Source of the DNA: a virus | Taxonomy: Duplodnaviria; Caudoviricetes | DNA length: 42,448 bases | Virus record (IMG/VR): IMGVR_UViG_3300046467_003052 | Location: 1-42,448 of that record | Strand: one strand, 5' to 3' | Part shown: piece after piece, positions 37,193-42,448 of the stretch | How positions within the stretch are numbered: position 1 is the stretch's first letter | Layout: the number at the start of each line of letters is the position of its first letter | The notes under the pieces: model-generated | The model's database searches: none | Seen by the model: only the letters and a program-made list of their open reading frames with translations | Told to the model about the DNA's origin: nothing | Program-made: the position numbers and the translations under genes

Positions 37193-37854
37193 TGATACAC
37201 GAAATATTTCCACACAAGATTTATCACGTTAATATTAACAAAGATAAATCGTTTCATAACCAAATATTAGACGAAGCCAAAAGAACAATGGATCTTGATG
37301 TCCCATTTAAAGATGGAGCAAATATAAATTACAAAGGATATTCGTCAGTTCAAAAACGGTTTTGGTCTAACTCTCCCACATACGGAAAAGAATTTAAAAA
37401 TCCTGTATTTAAAGAAGTCTTTGACTTTATTAATAGAAGTGCAGACTATTTTATTAAGCACCTACAAATTGATACGACCTACCAACAAATAAAAATGACA
37501 AATGCATTCTTAAATTTTGGTAATAGTACAGGGTCAGGATTGCATGATCATGAAGGTGCATTATTTAGTTATACATATTATTTTCGCTTAGAAGGCACTC
37601 TTCCTAGTTTATGGTTTTTAAGTCCGATATATAACGGACCTAAAGGATTATTTCCTTGGAATGGTCTTCAATACACAAACGAATGGCGACACGAATATGA
37701 AGTTCAGCCTATCGTAGGTGATCTTTTTTTATTTCCTGCGTACATGTTACATGGTACAAATGATATTAAAGAAGATTATAATCGTTGGTTATTTAACGGA
37801 GATTTTTTTGTTTTTTCTAATAATATACCCAACTTTCCTCCATTAATTGATTGA
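37192..37854 (+). CDS. 2OG-Fe(II) oxygenase-like protein, TIGR02466-type
   Basis: HEIFP, HDH.GALFSYTYY, P..GDLFLFPAYMLHG, R. Confidence 0.75.
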   Translation: MIHEIFPHKIYHVNINKDKSFHNQILDEAKRTMDLDVPFKDGANINYKGYSSVQKRFWSNSPTYGKEFKNPVFKEVFDFINRSADYFIKHLQIDTTYQQIKMTNAFLNFGNSTGSGLHDHEGALFSYTYYFRLEGTLPSLWFLSPIYNGPKGLFPWNGLQYTNEWRHEYEVQPIVGDLFLFPAYMLHGTNDIKEDYNRWLFNGDFFVFSNNIPNFPPLID

Positions 37855-37912
37855 CCATCATGCATGTAGATGTTATACTATATGTGTAGGCCAATTCTAT
37901 AACCTATAAATA
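37851..37912 (+). promoter_or_regulatory. Sigma70-type promoter plus downstream late box
   Basis: TTGACC (37851-37856), 17 nt, TG-n-TATACT (37874-37879); TATAAATA 37905-37912. Confidence 0.7.
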
Positions 37913-37920
37913 ATATTAAT

Positions 37921-38187
37921 ATGTATAGATTAAAATTAATTACAGAAGAAAGACCCCAAGGTGGAATTAGGGTCAGAACAAGTGAATTTGAAACTTTGCT
38001 TGAGGCTTCTAGTCGGCTTAAAAGTCTTTTATTTAAAGAGGCAAAAGCTGAATTAGATTATGAAATTATTGATTATGAAGTAGAACACGCCGAGAAAATT
38101 ATTTCTATGGGCGATATTGATAACCTTCTTAAAGAGAGAAAAACCGATGAAGGAATCGAAAAAGGACTTAGTAAAAAAGTTGCGTGA
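37921..38187 (+). CDS. Hypothetical protein
   Basis: ORF directly downstream of the promoters. Confidence 0.6.
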   Translation: MYRLKLITEERPQGGIRVRTSEFETLLEASSRLKSLLFKEAKAELDYEIIDYEVEHAEKIISMGDIDNLLKERKTDEGIEKGLSKKVA

Positions 38188-38302
38188 TGCTTTTTATAAA
38201 GTTAAACATGCACGAACAGTAGAAGATTATTATTACTGGCAGGATAGAGTAGAACATACTGCCTACGCATTAAAAAAACTAGAATTTGCGAGATCACGGT
38301 AA
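38147..38302 (+). CDS. Hypothetical protein (51 aa)
   Basis: ATG 38147; TAATG coupling to the next ORF. Confidence 0.5.
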   Translation: MKESKKDLVKKLRDAFYKVKHARTVEDYYYWQDRVEHTAYALKKLEFARSR

Positions 38303-38610
38303 TGGCAAAAGAACAATATAATAGAGATCGAGCATTAGAGCGTTCGCCTCAATATAGACATATGGTTAACCTTGAAAACAGGGAGCGCCGTGTAAAAGAG
38401 AAAAAACGGGATAAACACGGGGGCAAGAAAATTGGTAAAAGACTCCCCGATGGTACCTATACAGAAGTATCAACTTCTGATTGCGATTGGCATGAACGAT
38501 GGCAAAACCCAGATATTGAAGCAATTATTGAACATGCTAGAAAATCTGGAAACGCCGACAAGCACAATGACGCATCTAAAAAATTAAAAAAAGATATTAC
38601 ATTTAAATAG
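38302..38610 (+). CDS. Hypothetical basic protein
   Basis: ORF in operon context. Confidence 0.6.
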   Translation: MAKEQYNRDRALERSPQYRHMVNLENRERRVKEKKRDKHGGKKIGKRLPDGTYTEVSTSDCDWHERWQNPDIEAIIEHARKSGNADKHNDASKKLKKDITFK

Positions 38611-38622
38611 GAGCAAATACTT

Positions 38623-38698
38623 GCTGACGTAGCTCAGTTGGTAGAGCACCTCATTTGTAATGAGGGTGTCGGGGGTTCAAATCCCTCCGTCAGCTCCA
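38623..38698 (+). tRNA. tRNA-Thr(UGU)
   Basis: GCTGACG/CGTCAGC acceptor, CCTCA-TT-TGT-AA-TGAGG anticodon arm, TTCAAAT T-loop, encoded CCA. Confidence 0.95.
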
Positions 38699-38720
38699 CG
38701 GATCCATTAGAGAAATTATT

Positions 38721-39389
38721 ATGAGATTAAGTTCTATAGTATATGAAAATTTTTATCCCGACCCTTTTGCAGTTAGAAATAGGGTATTAAAACAAGAGTT
38801 TTATCCGCCAGATTATTTAGAAAATATTATTAGAGTAGAAGGAATGGAAAGCGATGAGGTGTACGAAATATCCAAAATAGGAAATTTTTGTGGAGAAAGA
38901 ACAATACGTGCTACAAAGATATTACCTGAAGAGGATGAACATACGAAAAATTTTGTAAAAAATGTTTGTAAATTTAATGATGATACAAAATTAGAAGTAG
39001 AAACATACTTTACAATGCAATTAGGAGAACATGATTTAGTTAACAAAAGTATTCACCAAGATACAGATCCTATTATGGCTATTGTTGTTTATTTAACACC
39101 CAATCCGGAACCAGCTAGTGGTACTATTTTTTATGCACATAAAAAAACAAATTGGAATGGTGTAAACAATGATAGAGTACCAGATAGAGCATTTGCAGAC
39201 ATTTATCCTGATAAAAGAGCAGATCAAAATAAATCTAATTTTCAAGTAGAATCTATAGTAGGAAATGTTTTTAATAGAATAGTATTATATGATAGTAAAT
39301 TATTACATGCTCCAGGTACTTGTTTTGGTAAAACTAAAGAGGATTGTCGGTTAACTCAAACATCTTTTATATTTAAGGTGGCACAATGA
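38721..39389 (+). CDS. 2OG-Fe(II) oxygenase-like protein (DUF6445-like)
   Basis: ENFYPDP..VR, G.F.G.RT, IHQD, VVYLTP.P...SGT.FY.HK, NVFNRIVLYDS..LH, RLTQ. Confidence 0.8.
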   Translation: MRLSSIVYENFYPDPFAVRNRVLKQEFYPPDYLENIIRVEGMESDEVYEISKIGNFCGERTIRATKILPEEDEHTKNFVKNVCKFNDDTKLEVETYFTMQLGEHDLVNKSIHQDTDPIMAIVVYLTPNPEPASGTIFYAHKKTNWNGVNNDRVPDRAFADIYPDKRADQNKSNFQVESIVGNVFNRIVLYDSKLLHAPGTCFGKTKEDCRLTQTSFIFKVAQ

Positions 39390-40002
39390 ATTATAGATTA
39401 ATGATATATGATAATTTCTTTGAAAAGCCTGATGATGTTCGAACCAAAGCACTAAAACAAGATTTTTATTATTGTGATGAATTAGATAATGTTGCAGTAG
39501 CAGATAACGAAGACGACGAAATATTAGAAATTTCTAAAATAGGAGGACAATTTCCCGGACAGCGATCTTTGTTATGTGAAACAATTTTACCTGATATATA
39601 TAAAGAATTTTATAAAAAAATATCATCTTTTATGCCCAATGATACTGTTATAGTAAATGCATTATTTCAAAAACAAACAAAAGATGATTTTAGAAATATA
39701 CATCAAGACGAGGAACCATTTTTGTCGGGTTTAATTTATTTAGATAATAAACCAGTAGTAAATACCGGTACTTGTTTTTACAAGCATAAAGAAACAGGAT
39801 GGGACGGAACTACCGAAATGCCCAAAGATTCTAATACAGAAGAATGGGAAATAAAAGAATTTCAAATGGCTAATGATAATTTTGAAAAAGCTAGTATTGT
39901 TGAAAATAAATTTAATAGAATGATTATGTACGATGCAAATATGTTGCATAGTGCTGAGGGTGCCGAAGAGGAAAGACTAACTTTGGCATTTTTTGTTTAC
40001 CC

Positions 40003-40012
<10 letters not shown>
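39386..40012 (+). CDS. 2OG-Fe(II) oxygenase-like protein (DUF6445-like), tandem paralogue
   Basis: DNFFEKPDDVR, FPGQRS, IHQD, GLIYL, GTCFYKHK, NKFNRMIMYD..LHSA, RLT; the stop codon lies inside tRNA-Pro. Confidence 0.8.
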
Positions 40013-40079
<67 letters not shown>

Positions 40080-40202
40080 ATATTTTCTATATCATCCCTT
40101 ATTACAACATGATATAGAAAAGATGAAACTGCAGGTGTGTTTCCCCCTAAGCAAACGAGCTGGGTTTTTTGGCACCAAAGCAGGGAATAGCGTTCCCTGA
40201 AC

Positions 40203-40276
40203 TAGAATGGACTAGGCTTACTACTTGCAAGATAGAGGAGGTCGCTCCGAGGCATGTGCTAGTAAGGTCCATTCTA
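40203..40276 (+). ncRNA. Candidate small structured RNA between tRNA-Pro and tRNA-Asp
   Basis: Perfect 10-bp TAGAATGGAC/GTCCATTCTA, 7-bp CTTACTA/TAGTAAG and an apical GGAG-GTCG-CTCC hairpin. Confidence 0.45.
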
Positions 40277-40280
40277 TTTT

Positions 40281-40357
40281 GGTCCCATCGTCTAGGCGGC
40301 CTAGGACACCGGCCTGTCACGCCGGCAACATGGGTTCGAATCCCATTGGGACCGCCA
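40281..40357 (+). tRNA. tRNA-Asp(GUC)
   Basis: GGTCCCA/TGGGACC acceptor, CCGGC-CT-GTC-AC-GCCGG, TTCGAAT, G73, CCA. Confidence 0.93.
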
Positions 40358-40549
40358 GTTTATAATATAGAGAGTTTGAAAATGAAACACACACAGACAC
40401 ACAATTTTGCTCTTACCCAAGAAGAATTAAAAATTATCATTCAGGCGATAGAATGTTTTATTGACCCTAAAAAACCTCGATGGGCAAAAGATGAAGCGAC
40501 GGATAATGATATTATTTTGCTTTTAAATAAAGTCAAATTGGGACCGCCA
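40345..40549 (+). repeat. 13-bp direct repeat of the tRNA-Asp 3' end (ATTGGGACCGCCA at 40345-40357 and 40537-40549)
   Basis: Exact duplication flanking a 179-nt AT-rich insert. Confidence 0.8.
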
Positions 40550-40570
40550 CACAGGGGTTTAGCTCAGTAG
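40382..40570 (+). CDS. Small hypothetical protein (62 aa, MKHTQTHNFALTQEELK...)
   Basis: ATG 40382 after AGAGAG; reads through the repeat and stops at a TAG inside tRNA-Val. Confidence 0.5.
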   Translation: MKHTQTHNFALTQEELKIIIQAIECFIDPKKPRWAKDEATDNDIILLLNKVKLGPPHRGLAQ

Positions 40571-40628
40571 GGAGAGCGCCTGTTTTACACGCAGATTGTC
40601 ACTGGTTCGATTCCAGTAACCCCTACCA
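40553..40628 (+). tRNA. tRNA-Val(UAC)
   Basis: AGGGGTT/AACCCCT acceptor, TT-TAC-AC loop, TTCGATT, CCA. Confidence 0.92.
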
Positions 40629-40629
40629 T

Positions 40630-40704
40630 TCCTCGGTAGCTCAGTGGTAGAGCAGATGACTGTTAATCATCGGGTCGCTGGTTCGAATCCGGCCCGGGGA
40701 GCCA
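40630..40704 (+). tRNA. tRNA-Asn(GUU)
   Basis: TCCTCGG/CCGGGGA, GATGA-CT-GTT-AA-TCATC, G73, CCA. Confidence 0.95.
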
Positions 40705-40706
40705 AT

Positions 40707-40783
40707 GTTGATAGTAGCTCAGTCGGTAGAGCATTTGGTTGTGGTCCAAAAGGTCGAGGGTTCGAACCCCTTCTATCAACCCA
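40707..40783 (+). tRNA. tRNA-His(GUG)
   Basis: Encoded G-1 opposite C73, TTTGG-TT-GTG-GT-CCAAA, CCA. Confidence 0.95.
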
Positions 40784-40785
40784 GT

Positions 40786-40862
40786 AGGGGAGTAGCTCAG
40801 TTGGTTAGAGCAATGTTCTTATAAGGCATAGGTCCTGGGTTCAAGTCCCAGCTCCCCTACCA
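40786..40862 (+). tRNA. tRNA-Ile(UAU)
   Basis: AGGGGAG/CTCCCCT, ATGTT-CT-TAT-AA-GGCAT, TTCAAGT, A73, CCA. Confidence 0.9.
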
Positions 40863-40863
40863 T

Positions 40864-40940
40864 AGGCGTGTAGTTTAGCTGGTTAGAACGCCACTCTGAT
40901 ACGGTGGAGATCGTTGGTTCAAATCCAACCACGCCTACCA
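40864..40940 (+). tRNA. tRNA-Ile(GAU)
   Basis: AGGCGTG/CACGCCT, CCACT-CT-GAT-AC-GGTGG, TTCAAAT, CCA. Confidence 0.93.
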
Positions 40941-40984
40941 TAAAAAAATAAATACAGTTATATTAATCATTGGGGGTAGTATGA

Positions 40985-41398
40985 ATGCCACAACACAAAC
41001 ATTTATTAGTTCGAGCAGAAGTTAATAACCCTATTAAAGAAGAAAAAATTCTTAAAAAATGGCTTAAGGATTTAGTTAAAAAAATTGATATGAAAATTAT
41101 CAAAGGGCCGTACACAGCATATGTAACCAAAGAAGGTAATAGAGGTATAACAGGTATTGTAGCAATCGAAACTTCACATGTTGCAATTCATATATGGGAC
41201 GAACAAACACCTGCGTTAGTACAATTTGATGTATATTCTTGTGCTAACTTTTCAACACACGAAGTTATAATGCATACGAGATCAATGGAACCAACAAAAG
41301 TAGAACATTTATTAATAGATAGAGGCAAAGAATTTGATCTCGGTAATATAAATAAATGGTCGGGATTAAGAGAAGTAGGGTCTACGGAGGAAACATGA
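40985..41398 (+). CDS. speD: S-adenosylmethionine decarboxylase proenzyme-like (pyruvoyl-dependent)
   Basis: HKHLL, GITGIVAIETSHVAIHIWDE, FDVYSC, IDRG. Confidence 0.85.
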   Translation: MPQHKHLLVRAEVNNPIKEEKILKKWLKDLVKKIDMKIIKGPYTAYVTKEGNRGITGIVAIETSHVAIHIWDEQTPALVQFDVYSCANFSTHEVIMHTRSMEPTKVEHLLIDRGKEFDLGNINKWSGLREVGSTEET

Positions 41399-41622
41399 TG
41401 AATATTTGGGTTGAATATTTTATAAATGAAGATAACCGAAGTCATCTCGAAGGTAGTCATGCCCAAATGAGAGAACAAGTAAAATGGGTCAATCCTGATC
41501 CAAAAGATGTACATAAACGATTTTGTCAAACTAGAGAAGACGCCAATCGATTTGCAAAAAGCATGAACGATCGGGGATATCACGCAACAATCAAAACAGA
41601 CGGATATGGAAACATTAATTGA
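41395..41622 (+). CDS. Hypothetical protein
   Basis: GGAGG RBS before ATGATG at 41395; ATGA coupling to speD. Confidence 0.65.
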   Translation: MMNIWVEYFINEDNRSHLEGSHAQMREQVKWVNPDPKDVHKRFCQTREDANRFAKSMNDRGYHATIKTDGYGNIN

Positions 41623-42448
41623 AGGTAAAACAAAACAGATAGAGTCTTTGGACGATCCTAGCATAGTACGGATTAGAACTAAAGATTCCCTTACGGCAAA
41701 TGATGCCGCAATACAAGCAGACCTACCAGTAGCACAAGATAAAACTACACAAAATTGTAATGTAATGTTTTATTTAAAAAAAGCAGGCGTGCCTGTAGCA
41801 TATAAAATGCGAAATGATTTAACATCATTTATAGCAGAAAAATGCGAAATGATTCCTATTGAATGTGTAATACGTAGGCGAGCATTTGGTAGTTATTTAA
41901 AAAGAGAACCAAGCAAAACATCAGGTGACATATTTGATCCATTGCTAACAGAATTTTTTCATAAAAATGCAATAGTTGGTAATGAGATGATGTCAGAAGA
42001 TAAAGCACGAGAGTTATATCTACGTGACGGAGAATGGACCGGTAAAGTATATACAGATCCATTAATAGAACCATCAACCGATACGTGGATGCTTTTTCCG
42101 CCAAAAGAACCGCGATATGATATGCAACCATTAAAGTATATTCGACCAGAAGTTGATCCAGTAACATTAGAATATATTAGACGGTCTTTAATGATACCTT
42201 GTTTTGAAATATTAGAAAAAGCATGGAAAAAGTTTGATGTAGATTTAATTGATATGAAAATAGAAGTAGGAATTAATCAAAATAAAGAAATAGTTATAGC
42301 AGATGTAATAGATAATGATAGTTGGCGTATTTGGCCAAATGGTGACCCTAAAAAGCAACTGGATAAACAATCATTTAGAGACGGTGAGAAATTAACCGAA
42401 GTTCAGAAAAAATATGCTATAGTAACTGAGTATACTAAAAAATTTTAA
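41606..42448 (+). CDS. purC: SAICAR synthetase (PurC)
   Basis: LIEGKTKQI, KDSLTA, CEMIPIECVIRR.AFGSYLKR.P, LIDMKIEVG, IADVIDNDSWRIWP, DKQ.FR. Confidence 0.92.
   Translation: METLIEGKTKQIESLDDPSIVRIRTKDSLTANDAAIQADLPVAQDKTTQNCNVMFYLKKAGVPVAYKMRNDLTSFIAEKCEMIPIECVIRRRAFGSYLKREPSKTSGDIFDPLLTEFFHKNAIVGNEMMSEDKARELYLRDGEWTGKVYTDPLIEPSTDTWMLFPPKEPRYDMQPLKYIRPEVDPVTLEYIRRSLMIPCFEILEKAWKKFDVDLIDMKIEVGINQNKEIVIADVIDNDSWRIWPNGDPKKQLDKQSFRDGEKLTEVQKKYAIVTEYTKKF

Noticed and set aside
40169-40381. N-terminal part of the 133-aa ORF 40169..40570
   Set aside because: It reads through tRNA-Asp and structured RNA; only the part from ATG 40382 is plausible.

Overview
AT-rich 42.4 kb segment of a large, T4-like or jumbo dsDNA bacteriophage, probably aquatic. 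Essentially every real gene is on the + strand and densely packed, often with overlapping stop/start codons. The phage call rests on T4-type late promoter boxes (TATAAATA), five near-consensus extended -10 sigma70 promoters, virion-like proteins, a holin-like gene, a cell-wall hydrolase and many host-like auxiliary genes. Contents: class II ribonucleotide reductase and glutaredoxins; a translation/proteostasis module (clpX-infC-rpsU-hsp20-clpS, plus groES); Fe-S assembly genes (iscU, two iscA); about nine 2OG-Fe(II)/cupin-type oxygenases; three flavin-dependent halogenase-family genes; QueD, MazG, a split carbamoyltransferase, a GT9 glycosyltransferase, a peroxiredoxin, SpeD, PurC, a stand-alone DnaE fragment and 8 tRNAs including a rare tRNA-Ile(UAU). 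The most striking element is a circularly permuted two-piece tmRNA (about 8104-8450; tag ANNNDYTSAQIALAA) whose intervening segment is filled by an unannotated, RBS-preceded 30-aa membrane-peptide ORF. Two ORFs have their stop codons inside tRNA genes, so tRNA processing would turn them into non-stop mRNAs, which suggests a self-contained phage ribosome-rescue and degradation circuit. Further unexplained structured RNAs lie at 19284-19500 and 40083-40276. All calls come from reading motifs by eye; no database searches were run.
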